From: Planctomycetota bacterium
GTDB taxonomy: Bacteria > Planctomycetota > MHYJ01 > JACPRB01
DNA: 64,000 bases
NCBI GenBank assembly: GCA_041482015.1
Contig: JBGPCZ010000005.1
Span: 4,109-68,108 of the forward strand
Reading direction: 5' to 3'
Position 1 is the first letter of the stretch. Each line of letters begins with the position of its first letter. The notes below the pieces were generated by a model, which saw nothing but the letters and a program-made list of their open reading frames with translations, did not search any database and had not been told where the DNA came from. Of the stretch, positions 1 to 8,760 are shown in pieces. The position numbers and the translations under genes were made by a program.

Positions 1-456
1 TCGCGGCTGCGGACCGATCTCATGAACCAGGGGGCACAGCTCCTCCTCTTCGGCGACATCCCCATCTCGTACGAGGTCTGGCAGTTCGATCCCGCCAAGG
101 GGACGTTCATGACCGACCCCGTGTTCGAGAAGCGCATCAAGATCGCGCGGAACGACCTCGACAAGACGGGCGCGGGCGCGGTGCCGCTCGTGTTCGTCCG
201 GGGCGACCTGACCGGCGACGGCCGGCCGGACATGGTCGAGGTGGACCCGAAGACGAAGGAGCTGCTGATCTACCCGGGCCGGGAGAGGGCGACGCCGAAG
301 GGCCCGAGGATCGACTTCGACGGCACGGCACACTACAGGATCCGGCTGGAGCGCCACCCGCGCGCGCTCCAGCTGCTCGACGTGAACGGCGACGGCATCC
401 TCGACGTGATCCTGTATTACAACAGTGCGGTGGGCCTCGTCCTGTCGAAGCGGTAG
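1..456 (+). CDS. FG-GAP/VCBS-repeat protein, C-terminal fragment (5' end lies outside the window)
   Basis: Frame 1 is open from base 1 to TAG 454-456. It contains DLTGDGRPDMV and DVNGDGILDVI repeats typical of FG-GAP/VCBS repeats, with GC3-rich codons. Confidence 0.6.
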   Translation, partial: SRLRTDLMNQGAQLLLFGDIPISYEVWQFDPAKGTFMTDPVFEKRIKIARNDLDKTGAGAVPLVFVRGDLTGDGRPDMVEVDPKTKELLIYPGRERATPKGPRIDFDGTAHYRIRLERHPRALQLLDVNGDGILDVILYYNSAVGLVLSKR

Positions 457-496
457 GGGAGATTGTTCTCACTTCCTCTCCGCCCTCTTTCGATAC

Positions 497-517
497 TCCG
501 ACCCCGGTGAGGTCGGA
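497..517. terminator. short hairpin between convergent genes
   Basis: TCCGACC-CCGGTGA-GGTCGGA lies in the 90-nt gap between the stops at 456 and 547. Confidence 0.3.
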
Positions 518-546
518 CGGAATACTTCTGCGGCGGGCGCCCGGAA

Positions 547-1011
547 CTACCCCTGCTCTTCTTCCCCCGGGTCCCCCTCCTCTTCAGGGCCAGAGTCCGT
601 CGGGCCGCCCTGCCCCGGTGCGGGCATGACTTCTTCCAGGACCTGCTCTTCGACGTAGATCGGCGCGCGCATCTGGACGGCGAGCGCGATCGCGTCCGAA
701 GGGCGCGAGTCGATCTCCACCGCCTTCCCGTTGCGGCGCAGGACGAGCTTGGCGTAGAAGGTGCGGTCGCGGAGCTCGGTGACGATGACGCGGTCGAGTT
801 TCGAGTCGAGCCCCCCGATGACGTTCTCCAGGAGGTCGTGGGTCATGTGGCGGGGGGTCTTCTTGCCCTTGATGTTGCGGTCGATGGCTACGGCCTCCCA
901 GATGCCGATCACGATGGGGAAGGCGCGCTCGCCCTCGACTTCCTTGAGGACGATGACCTGCTCGTCGTTGGTCTCGCTGATGATGATCCGCGAGAGCTCC
1001 ATGTGAATCAC
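547..1011 (-). CDS. bifunctional nuclease (BFN/DUF151) family protein
   Basis: 154-aa ORF. The pattern IVLKEVEGERAFPIVIG...RPSDAIALAVQMRAPIYVEEQVL matches the conserved layout of the DUF151 nuclease family. The C-terminal tail is acidic. Confidence 0.8.
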   Translation of the reverse strand: MIHMELSRIIISETNDEQVIVLKEVEGERAFPIVIGIWEAVAIDRNIKGKKTPRHMTHDLLENVIGGLDSKLDRVIVTELRDRTFYAKLVLRRNGKAVEIDSRPSDAIALAVQMRAPIYVEEQVLEEVMPAPGQGGPTDSGPEEEGDPGEEEQG

Positions 1012-1147
1012 GGCGGCGACCTCGACGAACGCGACTCCAACGATTATATCCGCGGCGGCGTCATTGGCAAGGGGATAAGGGAAGCCTCGTTTGCGATCGT
1101 CAATTCGCCCCCCGCGTATTGTTCGTGCATCCCCTTACCCCCCGTCA

Positions 1148-1153
1148 TAGAAT
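1148..1153 (+). promoter_or_regulatory. -10-like TAGAAT 12 nt upstream of the kinase ATG
   Basis: AT-rich hexamer in a GC-rich context. No SD lies between it and ATG 1166, and the -35 is weak or unclear. Confidence 0.3.
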
Positions 1154-1165
1154 CTCTGTACCTGG

Positions 1166-2554
1166 ATGCCGACCACGTACGAAATGGCCTTCATGGCCAT
1201 CGCCTCGAAGAACAGCTTCCTCACGCACGAGGAGGCCGCGCAGTGTCTCAGCGAGTACCAGTCCCAGCTTGTGGTGGGGCCGCGCCGGTCGATCGAACAG
1301 ATCGTCAGCGAAAAGGGCCTCCTCACCGACAAGCAGATCCAGATGATCTCCACCGCGACGGCCAAGGTCATGGCCCAGCGGGCGGGCCAGGCCCCGGCCC
1401 CCGTGCCGGCACAGGCCCCCACGAAGGCGCCTTCCACCTCGAGGATCCCCACGGCGACCGCCCGCGCGGCCGCCGCGCCCAGCCCTCCGCCCGCCCGCCC
1501 GGCCGGCCCCAACGAGCCGATCCCCGGCGTCCGCATCACCGGCAAGCTCGGCGTCGGCGGCACGGCCACCGTCTTCCTGGCCGACGAGGTGGACAAGGGC
1601 CGCAAGGCCGCGCTCAAGATCATCCACCCGTCGCTCGCCAAGGACGAGAGGGCCGTCCGGCGGTTCCAGCGCGAGGCGGGGCTGCTGATCTCGTTCGACC
1701 ATCCGAACCTCGTTCGAGGGTACTCGCAGGGGACGATGGGGCCTCTTTCGTACTTCCTCATGGAATACCTGGACGGCGAGTCGGTCCAGGAGGTGCTTGA
1801 CCGCCAGAAGCACCTCTCCGAGCCGCAGGCGCTCGAGATCATCCTGGAGACCGCCAAGGCGATCGACCACATGAATCGTCGCGGGATCATCCACCGCGAC
1901 ATCAAGCCGGGCAACATCTTTCTCTGCCGCGAGGGCACGGTGAAGGTGCTCGACCTCGGCTTCGCGCAGGAGATGAACGGCACCGACCAGGGCGAGGAGG
2001 AGACGACGAGCGGCACCGTCCAGTACATGAGTCCCGAGCAGGCGCGCGGGCAGCGCGACCTCGACGTGCGGGCCGACATCTACTCGCTCGGCGCGACGCT
2101 CTACCACATGGTGATGGGCGAGCTTCCGTTCAGCGGCGGCGACTCGCTCGAGGTGATGGCCAAGCAGGTCATGGAGGCCCTCAACTCCAGCGAGATCAAG
2201 AACCGGCGCCTCTCCAAGCACATGCACTACTTCATCGAGCGCATGATGTCGAAGGACAAGGATCTCCGCTTCTCCACGCCCCACGAACTCGTGGAGGACA
2301 TCACCGAGCAGATCGCGGGCTTCAAGTCGCTGGAGTACCGCCCCGAGGGGGACGATGAGGGGACGACCTCGACCGTGATGGGGCTGGTCAAGCGGCAGGA
2401 GGATTCGCCCGCCCCGGCGCCGTCCACCACGCGGCGCCTTCGTCCCGAGATCCGTCGGCCCGGCGTTCCCTCGACGACGCGCCGGCTGACGCCGCCCACG
2501 ACGAGGAAGCTGTCCGGTCTCGACGCGATGAGGAACCGTCCGAGGAAGAAGTGA
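1166..2554 (+). CDS. Ser/Thr protein kinase (cytoplasmic) with N-terminal GspE-N-like helical module and Pro/Ala-rich linker
   Basis: Hanks kinase motifs are present: GGTATVFLA...ALKII, HRDIKPGNIF, DLGFA and GTVQYMSPEQ. No TM segment is seen. Confidence 0.9.
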   Translation: MPTTYEMAFMAIASKNSFLTHEEAAQCLSEYQSQLVVGPRRSIEQIVSEKGLLTDKQIQMISTATAKVMAQRAGQAPAPVPAQAPTKAPSTSRIPTATARAAAAPSPPPARPAGPNEPIPGVRITGKLGVGGTATVFLADEVDKGRKAALKIIHPSLAKDERAVRRFQREAGLLISFDHPNLVRGYSQGTMGPLSYFLMEYLDGESVQEVLDRQKHLSEPQALEIILETAKAIDHMNRRGIIHRDIKPGNIFLCREGTVKVLDLGFAQEMNGTDQGEEETTSGTVQYMSPEQARGQRDLDVRADIYSLGATLYHMVMGELPFSGGDSLEVMAKQVMEALNSSEIKNRRLSKHMHYFIERMMSKDKDLRFSTPHELVEDITEQIAGFKSLEYRPEGDDEGTTSTVMGLVKRQEDSPAPAPSTTRRLRPEIRRPGVPSTTRRLTPPTTRKLSGLDAMRNRPRKK

Positions 2555-2566
2555 CGGGGCGCCGCC

Positions 2567-3241
2567 ATGGCGGAACAGGGAGCGGGAAAGGTCCAGGACA
2601 CCACGCTGCGCCGGGTCACCGGCGGGGCGGGCTTCAACGCCCGCGTCGAATCCTTCTGGCTCACCTTCTCGACGATCGGGCCGAAGATGGGATTCTTCGA
2701 GCGCCGGCGCGAGCGCGGCCGCCTCGAGCGCATCGTGAAATCGATCAACCTCCAGATCGTCGGCCAGAAGGGGAACCCCGACGGATGGGAGTTGCAGCAG
2801 GGCGCCTGCGTCTGCAACCTCCGCGTCGCGAAGATGGGCCTCGTGCGGGAGCTGAAGACCTGGCTCCGCGCCGGCCTGGAGACCGCCCCCGCGGAATGGC
2901 CCCATCTCCACGCGCTCCGCGACCGGCCCTGCATGCTCGTCCCCGTGACGTTCGGCGCGCCGATCTCCATCGAGCCGGGGGGCGGGGAGGAGGCCATCCC
3001 CGTCGCGAGCGCCGTCCGCGTGCGGGCCGAGCTGGGCGAGATCAACGATCGCTTCCGGATCCACGAGACGTTCGCGATCAAGAAGATGGTCGACTACATG
3101 GACGCGACGGAGCGCGACATCGCGATCTACGAGTCCAAGCTCGGCACCTCCGAGGGCTTCTGGGCCAAGTTCAGCTACGTCCTGCTCAAGAAGCTGATGG
3201 ACGTGAGCGTCGACAAGAAGCTCCCCGTCCTCTTCGCGTGA
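2567..3241 (+). CDS. hypothetical protein, co-directional 13 nt after the kinase
   Basis: 224-aa ORF with GC3-rich codon usage. I recognise no family. Confidence 0.55.
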   Translation: MAEQGAGKVQDTTLRRVTGGAGFNARVESFWLTFSTIGPKMGFFERRRERGRLERIVKSINLQIVGQKGNPDGWELQQGACVCNLRVAKMGLVRELKTWLRAGLETAPAEWPHLHALRDRPCMLVPVTFGAPISIEPGGGEEAIPVASAVRVRAELGEINDRFRIHETFAIKKMVDYMDATERDIAIYESKLGTSEGFWAKFSYVLLKKLMDVSVDKKLPVLFA

Positions 3242-3242
3242 T

Positions 3243-3635
3243 ATGACAAAGCAAATCGTTTATTTTATCATATCCCTCGCGGGCTGCGCCGCGGCCCCGC
3301 CGGTCGAGGAGTGGGGGCGGGAGTGCCGGATGGAGATGGACCGCGAGCGGCGGCTCGACCTCGTCCGCCAGATCATGGGCACGGGCGACGAGCGCGCGAT
3401 CCCCGTCCTGATCGACTGTCTCGCCTCCGTGAAGCGCCTCGGCAAGACCCCCGACCGGGTCTACCGCGCGAAGGCGATCGTCCCCAACGACACCGCGCCG
3501 CCCGAGTTCTGGGGACTCAACGTCATCACCGGGCAGGACTTCGACCTCGACATCGAAAAATGGTCCGCGTGGTACGAGCTGCACCGCGGCCGCTTCGAGT
3601 GGGACGGGGGCACGCGGCGGTTCGTCGCGAAGTAG
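3243..3635 (+). CDS. hypothetical lipoprotein
   Basis: 130-aa ORF starting 2 nt after the previous stop. N-terminal MTKQIVYFIISLAGC looks like a lipobox signal. Confidence 0.55.
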   Translation: MTKQIVYFIISLAGCAAAPPVEEWGRECRMEMDRERRLDLVRQIMGTGDERAIPVLIDCLASVKRLGKTPDRVYRAKAIVPNDTAPPEFWGLNVITGQDFDLDIEKWSAWYELHRGRFEWDGGTRRFVAK

Positions 3636-3638
3636 GCC

Positions 3639-4586
3639 TCAAAGGATCAGCATCGCGTCGCCGTAGCTGAAGAACCGGTACGACCCGCGGATCGCCTCCT
3701 CGTACGCCGCGAGGATCCTCTCCCTCCCGGCGAACGCGCAGACGAGCATGAGGAGCGTGCTCTTCGGCACGTGGAAATTCGTGACGAGCGCCTTCACCGC
3801 CTTGAACTCAAAAGGGGGCGTGATGAATAGGTCGGTCCATCCCGACGCCTGGTTCGTCCGCGCCCAGGTCTCGAGCGCCCGGCAGGTTGTCGTCCCGACC
3901 GCAACGACCTTCCCCTGGGGCGGCTCGCGCACCTCGTAGTATTCCGCCTCCATGCGGTGGTCTTCGACGGTCTCGCACTTGACCGGCTTGAACGTCCCGG
4001 TCCCGACGTGAAGCGTGAGGCGCTTCGTCGCGAGCCGCGCGAGGATCTCCGGCGTGAAGTGGAGCCCCGCGGTCGGTGCCGCGATCGCGCCCTCCTTCGC
4101 GGCGTAGACGGTCTGGTATCGCTCGAGGTCGCGCTCGTCGGCGGGCCGGCGGATGTAGGGCGGGATCGGCGGCTGCCCGAGCGTCGCGAGGTCGGGCTCC
4201 GCGTCGAACTCCAGCGTCCAGCGGTCCCCGTCCTTCGCCGCGATCGCCGCGCCCGTGCCGTCCGCGAGCCGGAGCGTCTCGCCGACCCGGAGCTTTCCGC
4301 CCGCGTCGAGCAGCGCCTGCCAGCGGTGGTCGGCGAGCCGGCGGACGAGGAGCGCCTCGACCCTGCCTCCCGTCGAGCGCGTCATCGGGACCCGCGCCCG
4401 GAGGACGCGCGTGTCGTTGAGATAGACCGTCTCGCCCGCGAGGAATTCGACGACGTCGGGGAACCGGCGGTGCTCGAGGCGGCCGTCGCGATGCAGGACC
4501 AGGAGGCGCGAGGCGTCGCGGCGGGGAGGGGGTTCCTGGGCGATGAGCCCGGGCGGGAGGGAGTAATCGAAGTCCGAGAGTTTCAT
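3639..4586 (-). CDS. queA: S-adenosylmethionine:tRNA ribosyltransferase-isomerase
   Basis: The internal start MKLSDFDYSLPPGLIAQEP...RDASRLLVL is the canonical QueA N-terminus, with ATG at 4584-4586. The longer 433-aa ORF extension is Ser/Thr/Arg-rich and non-homologous. Confidence 0.9.
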   Translation of the reverse strand: MKLSDFDYSLPPGLIAQEPPPRRDASRLLVLHRDGRLEHRRFPDVVEFLAGETVYLNDTRVLRARVPMTRSTGGRVEALLVRRLADHRWQALLDAGGKLRVGETLRLADGTGAAIAAKDGDRWTLEFDAEPDLATLGQPPIPPYIRRPADERDLERYQTVYAAKEGAIAAPTAGLHFTPEILARLATKRLTLHVGTGTFKPVKCETVEDHRMEAEYYEVREPPQGKVVAVGTTTCRALETWARTNQASGWTDLFITPPFEFKAVKALVTNFHVPKSTLLMLVCAFAGRERILAAYEEAIRGSYRFFSYGDAMLIL

Positions 4587-4614
4587 TTGACAGGCCGGGC
4601 GGGTATTATAAGAT
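4587..4614 (+). promoter_or_regulatory. sigma-70-like promoter TTGACA-16 nt-TAAGAT for the 4642 gene (leadered, with SD)
   Basis: Consensus -35 at 4587-4592, directly abutting the divergent queA start codon. -10 at 4609-4614. GGGAGG SD at 4630-4635. Confidence 0.45.
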
Positions 4615-4641
4615 CGAATTCCGCCTAAAGGGAGGTCCTTG

Positions 4642-5466
4642 ATGCGCTTGCTTGTCGCCTTGGGTCTGTTCGTCGCCGCCGCCGCGCCTGCGTTCCCGCA
4701 GGCCAAGGCCGGGGACCGGACGACCGTCTCCGTCGAGTCGACGATGGACGTGGAGATCTTCGTGCGGGACGGCAGCGGAGTAGGCGAGATCACCAAGCGC
4801 CTCAACCTTGTCCGGCGCGAGACGTTCGAGCAGGAGGTGCTCGCCGTGGCCGACGGGCTGGCCAGCTCGGTCCGCGTCAAGGTCGTCGCCTCGATGCTCC
4901 AGAAGAGCGGCAGCGACACCCGGCTGGAGGAGAAACCCACCGCGCTCGTCGACCAGACTTACACGTCCACGCGCGGCCCTTCCGGATGGATCGCGGTCGA
5001 CTCGAACGGCGGTGCGGCTCCGGCCGACGGTTCGGCGCTGGGCGGGTGGAACGACGCCGGCTGGCTGCTCCCGAAGGACGGCCCGAAGGCGGGCGGCACG
5101 TGGGACGTCGAGGCCGACAAGGTGGCGGCGCTCATCAGCCCGACCGGCCTGCGCGAGCCCGCGGGCAAGCTCAGCTGCACTTGCCGGGCGGTCGAGGGCG
5201 GCATGGCGTCGATCTCCTTCACGGGATCGATCTCGGGCAAGGGGAAGGACGACGTCCAGATCAAGGTGACGGTCAAGACGGGCATCATGGAGTACGACCT
5301 CGCCAAGGGGCGGCCCGCGATGCTCTCGATGTCGGGCTCGTTCGATTCGATGCTGAGCATCGAGGACGTGACCCGGAAGCCCAACGAGAACATCGAGGAG
5401 CGGCAGAAGATCGGCGAGATCCAGGTGAAGAGCCGCAAGCTCGAAGTGAAGCTGGACTTCAAGTAA
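4642..5466 (+). CDS. secreted hypothetical protein
   Basis: Signal peptide MRLLVALGLFVAAAAPAFPQA. GGGAGG Shine-Dalgarno at 4630-4635. Coding-like codon usage. Confidence 0.65.
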   Translation: MRLLVALGLFVAAAAPAFPQAKAGDRTTVSVESTMDVEIFVRDGSGVGEITKRLNLVRRETFEQEVLAVADGLASSVRVKVVASMLQKSGSDTRLEEKPTALVDQTYTSTRGPSGWIAVDSNGGAAPADGSALGGWNDAGWLLPKDGPKAGGTWDVEADKVAALISPTGLREPAGKLSCTCRAVEGGMASISFTGSISGKGKDDVQIKVTVKTGIMEYDLAKGRPAMLSMSGSFDSMLSIEDVTRKPNENIEERQKIGEIQVKSRKLEVKLDFK

Positions 5467-6609
5467 TCACGCCACGACGCGGAACGCCGGGGCGGGCACG
5501 GCTCCCTCGGTGTTCGCGGGCACCCGACCCACGCGCGGTCCCAGCCGGCAGGTGATCTCGTAGGGGATCGTCCCCGCCTTCCTCGCGAGCTCCTCCACGC
5601 GCAGCCCCTCGCCGATGAGCGTCACCGTGTCGCCGACGGCCGCGTCGGGCACGTCTCCCACGTCGAACATCACGTAGTCCATCGTGACGGTGCCCACGAG
5701 CGGAACGCGGCGGCCGCGGAGGACCGCCTCGGCGCGGTTGGAGAGCGAGTAGGGGTAGCCGTCGTCGTAGCCGACGGGGCAGGTGGCGATCCTCGTGGCG
5801 CGCGGCGCTCGGGCCCGCCCGTCGTAGCCGATCGCGGTGCCCTCGGCCACTCCTTTGAGGTACGCGACCTGCGTCTTGAGCGATAGGACGGGCTTGAGCG
5901 GGATCTTGAGCGCGGCGAACGGACCCGGGTCGATGCCGTACATTGCGATGCCGGGGCGGACCATGTCGAAGTGGGCCTCGGGGCAGGTGAAGAGCCCCGT
6001 GGAATTCGCGGCGTGGAGGAGCGGCGGCTGGATCCCGTCGCGCGCGAGCTCGTCGATCACGGAGCGGAAGAGGTCGAGCTGCTCCCGGCTCGCCTCGGGG
6101 TTCGAGGCGGAGGCGAGGTGCGTCGAGAGCCCCTCGAGCTGGAGATTGGGGCAGTCCATGACGGCGCGCGCGACGTCGAGCGCGCGGCCCGGCGAGACGC
6201 CGAGGCGCGCCATTCCGGTGTCGACCTTCAGATGGACGCGGAGCACGCGGTCGCGGCGCCGCGCCTCCTCGTCGAGGAGCGGGAGGAGGTCGGTCGAGTG
6301 GACGGTGACGGAGATGTCGTACTGGACGACCTTGTGGATCTCCTCCTCGACGATGGCGCCGAGGATGAGGATCGGCCCCGGGATGCCGCCCTCGCGGAGG
6401 TGGAGGGCCTCGCCGGAGTCGCCCACGCCGACCATGGAGCAGCCGGACTCCAGGGCGTTCCAGGCGACGGGCAGCGCGCCGTGCCCGTAGGCGTTGGCCT
6501 TGCAGACGGCCATGATCTTGGTCTGGGGATCGAGCGCGCGGCGGATGACGCCGAGGTTGTGGCGGAGGGCGGCGAGATCGATCTCCGCCCAGACGCGGTA
6601 GCCCCTCAT
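5467..6609 (-). CDS. alr: alanine racemase
   Basis: MRGYRVWAEIDLAALRHNL...AVCKANAYGHG contains the PLP-lysine motif, with ATG at 6607-6609. The upstream part of the 572-aa ORF is Arg-rich shadow sequence. Confidence 0.9.
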   Translation of the reverse strand: MRGYRVWAEIDLAALRHNLGVIRRALDPQTKIMAVCKANAYGHGALPVAWNALESGCSMVGVGDSGEALHLREGGIPGPILILGAIVEEEIHKVVQYDISVTVHSTDLLPLLDEEARRRDRVLRVHLKVDTGMARLGVSPGRALDVARAVMDCPNLQLEGLSTHLASASNPEASREQLDLFRSVIDELARDGIQPPLLHAANSTGLFTCPEAHFDMVRPGIAMYGIDPGPFAALKIPLKPVLSLKTQVAYLKGVAEGTAIGYDGRARAPRATRIATCPVGYDDGYPYSLSNRAEAVLRGRRVPLVGTVTMDYVMFDVGDVPDAAVGDTVTLIGEGLRVEELARKAGTIPYEITCRLGPRVGRVPANTEGAVPAPAFRVVA

Positions 6610-6701
6610 GGCGATGCGGGAACCGGAAAGGGTCCGCCCCAGGCGGCCGGAGGGCCGGCCGCCTGGGGCCCTTCTTCCCCCTCTGTTCCTCGCCCTCCCT
6701 C

Positions 6702-7367
6702 CTAAGTCTTCTTCGGGCCGAACTTGATCTCGGCCTCCGTGGGTCGAAGGTAGAGCGGCACGAGCGAGGCAGCGTCGTGACGCACGCCCTCGTCGTGGAG
6801 CCGCTTTCCGAGGCGGGCGATCGCCTCGGGCTTCGGATCCCACAGGTCCCGCGGTCCGCACGGGCGGTCGCGGAAGAGCTCGCCGTACGCCTCGAGCGCG
6901 TCCCCGAAGACGAAGGCGTCCTTCGGGATGCGCGCGACGAATTCGGCGGGCTTCTCCGCGAGATAGCCGGTCGCGCGGCGGCCGTCCTCGTAGACGGCGC
7001 CGTAGATCTGGTCCCACTTGGCGTCGATCGCGGGGCAGAGGACGCGCGCCCGGTCGCTCGCGGCGTCGGCCATCGCGTCGAGCGAGGCGACGCCGATGAG
7101 CGGCTTCCGGAGCGCGAAGGCGAGGCCTTTCGCGGCGGCCAGCCCGACCCGGAGCCCCGTGTACGAGCCCGGCCCGATGTCGCACGCGATCAAGTCGATC
7201 GTCGCGATCGCGATCCCCGTCTCCTCCAGGAGCGCCTCGATCGACGGCGCGATTTCGCGGCCGTGGACCATCCCTTTTTCAAAGAGCCGGGTCCCGAGGA
7301 CCGCGGCGTCGTCGAGGAGGGCGATTCCCCCCCTCGCCCCGGACGTCTCGATCCCGAGGACTCTCAC
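6702..7367 (-). CDS. tsaB: tRNA threonylcarbamoyladenosine biosynthesis protein TsaB (YeaZ)
   Basis: MRVLGIETSG...ACDIGPGSYTGLRVGLAAAKGLA is the typical TsaB/YeaZ signature. Confidence 0.85.
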   Translation of the reverse strand: MRVLGIETSGARGGIALLDDAAVLGTRLFEKGMVHGREIAPSIEALLEETGIAIATIDLIACDIGPGSYTGLRVGLAAAKGLAFALRKPLIGVASLDAMADAASDRARVLCPAIDAKWDQIYGAVYEDGRRATGYLAEKPAEFVARIPKDAFVFGDALEAYGELFRDRPCGPRDLWDPKPEAIARLGKRLHDEGVRHDAASLVPLYLRPTEAEIKFGPKKT

Positions 7368-7437
7368 GTCACCGGAAGTCTACCCCACGATCCCGGGGAG
7401 TCAAGTCGTAAATTACAAATCATAAACTATAGAAGCT

Positions 7438-7501
7438 CCATAAAACAGACGGTGCGATTTATGGAGCCCCAGTTCCATAAATCGCACCGTCTGTTTTATG
7501 G
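7438..7501. repeat. 64-nt perfect AT-rich palindrome (28 bp perfect stem plus G-U and C-G pairs, 4-nt loop)
   Basis: CCATAAAACAGACGGTGCGATTTATGGA (7438-7465) is the exact reverse complement of 7474-7501. It lies in the divergent tsaB/methyltransferase intergenic region. Confidence 0.9.
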
Positions 7502-7508
7502 CCGCGAC

Positions 7509-7537
7509 TTGCCATCCCAAGAAGGCTCTGCTATACC
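7509..7537 (+). promoter_or_regulatory. promoter candidate TTGCCA-17 nt-TATACC, 9 nt upstream of ATG 7547
   Basis: Spacing and hexamers were read directly from the sequence. No SD is present, implying a near-leaderless transcript. Confidence 0.35.
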
Positions 7538-7546
7538 ACAGCCCCC

Positions 7547-8170
7547 ATGAAGCTCTCGCGGCTTCGCAAGATCACGTTCAAGCTCCTCTTCGTCTACGCC
7601 ATCGTGATCGTCGTCGTCTTCGCGGCCGATCCCAAGCCGGACAAGTGGAAGACCGCCCACTTCTGGGTGGGGATCGGCTTCCTCATGGCCTCCCTCTGGA
7701 TCCGCGTCTGGGCCGCCGGCCACCTCGTGAAAAACAAGGTCCTCACCGTCACCGGCCCCTACGCCTACGTCAAGAACCCCCTCTACATCGGGACCTTTCT
7801 CGGCATGATCGGCTTCGCCCTCCTGACCATCGGCCCGCGCAAGTCGCCGTGGTACCACCACTACCTCAACTGGATCGTGCTCGGCCTCGGTCTCCTCGTC
7901 TTCGTCGCGTACTACATCCCCTACAAGAAGAAGCGCGAGGGCGACCGCCTTCACGACCTCTTCGGCGAGGCGTGGGATCACTTCGACCAGGCCGTGCCCG
8001 ACTACTTCCCGAAGCTCACGCGTTACGAGCGCGCCCAGAATCGCCCCTGGAGCTGGGCCGCGACGTGCGAGAACAGCGAGCAGTGGACGCCCTTCGCCAT
8101 GGCCATCGGCGTCGCGGCCGTGATCTGGAACGGATGGATCATCGACCACATCACCCGTCTGAGCCGGTGA
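7547..8170 (+). CDS. isoprenylcysteine carboxyl methyltransferase / PEMT-family membrane methyltransferase
   Basis: Multi-TM 207-aa ORF with a GPYAYVKNPLYIG motif characteristic of the ICMT/PEMT family. Confidence 0.75.
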   Translation: MKLSRLRKITFKLLFVYAIVIVVVFAADPKPDKWKTAHFWVGIGFLMASLWIRVWAAGHLVKNKVLTVTGPYAYVKNPLYIGTFLGMIGFALLTIGPRKSPWYHHYLNWIVLGLGLLVFVAYYIPYKKKREGDRLHDLFGEAWDHFDQAVPDYFPKLTRYERAQNRPWSWAATCENSEQWTPFAMAIGVAAVIWNGWIIDHITRLSR

Positions 8171-8760
8171 AGCCCCGCGTCCTCCGGGACAAGGGCGGCT
8201 TCCTCTCTCCCGCCGTCTCCGTCGTCGACCACGAGGGCCGCCCCGCCATCCTCAAGGACTACCGGAAGAAGAACGCGGTGACGCGCGGGCTCCTCGCGCC
8301 CCGGCTCGTCCGCCGCGAGTTCGACACGCTCAAGCACCTGGAAGGAGTGCCCGGCATCCCCGCCGCTTACGCGATTGTCGAGAAGCGCGCGATCCTCATC
8401 GAATTCATCGGGGGGAAGACCCTCAACAAGTTCGCCGCGGGCGAGCTCCCCGACCGTGTCTTCGAGCGGCTTTGCGAGACCGTCCGCGCCATGCACCGGC
8501 GCGGCGTCGTCCACCTCGACCTCCGCCAGAGGAAGAACATCCTGGTCGACGGCGACCGCCCCTGGGTGATCGACTTCGCCAACGCCGTCCGGGGAAGGCT
8601 GGCCGCGAAACTCGCCGGCGTCGACGAGAGCGCGCTCCTCAAATGGAAGCTGCGCAACTGGCCGCACCTCGTGACGGACGGCGACCGCGAGGCGTTGAAG
8701 AAACACAGGTTCCTCCGGAAATTCTGGATCTTCACGCCGCGGGGCAAAAGCGTGAGATGA
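8167..8760 (+). CDS. small kinase-like protein (Kdo/RIO/lipopolysaccharide kinase-like)
   Basis: The GTG start at 8167 overlaps the previous stop (GTGA). VVHLDLRQRKNILVDGDRPWVIDFANA resembles the catalytic loop plus DFG-like motif of Kdo/RIO-type kinases. Confidence 0.6.
   Translation: MKPRVLRDKGGFLSPAVSVVDHEGRPAILKDYRKKNAVTRGLLAPRLVRREFDTLKHLEGVPGIPAAYAIVEKRAILIEFIGGKTLNKFAAGELPDRVFERLCETVRAMHRRGVVHLDLRQRKNILVDGDRPWVIDFANAVRGRLAAKLAGVDESALLKWKLRNWPHLVTDGDREALKKHRFLRKFWIFTPRGKSVR

Noticed and set aside
4587-4940. N-terminal extensions of tracked ORFs: queA to 4940, alr to 7185, the ABC ATPase to 45335, the anti-sigma factor to 31107 and the substrate-binding protein to 45502.
   Set aside because: The extensions are Arg/Pro/Ser-rich and run through neighbouring genes or promoters. 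Internal ATGs give canonical family N-termini: MKLSDFDY, MRGYRVWAEIDL, MAEVAPTG...MRGVHKRFG, MNHPNLERL and MRSWILCLAVLGFLAC.
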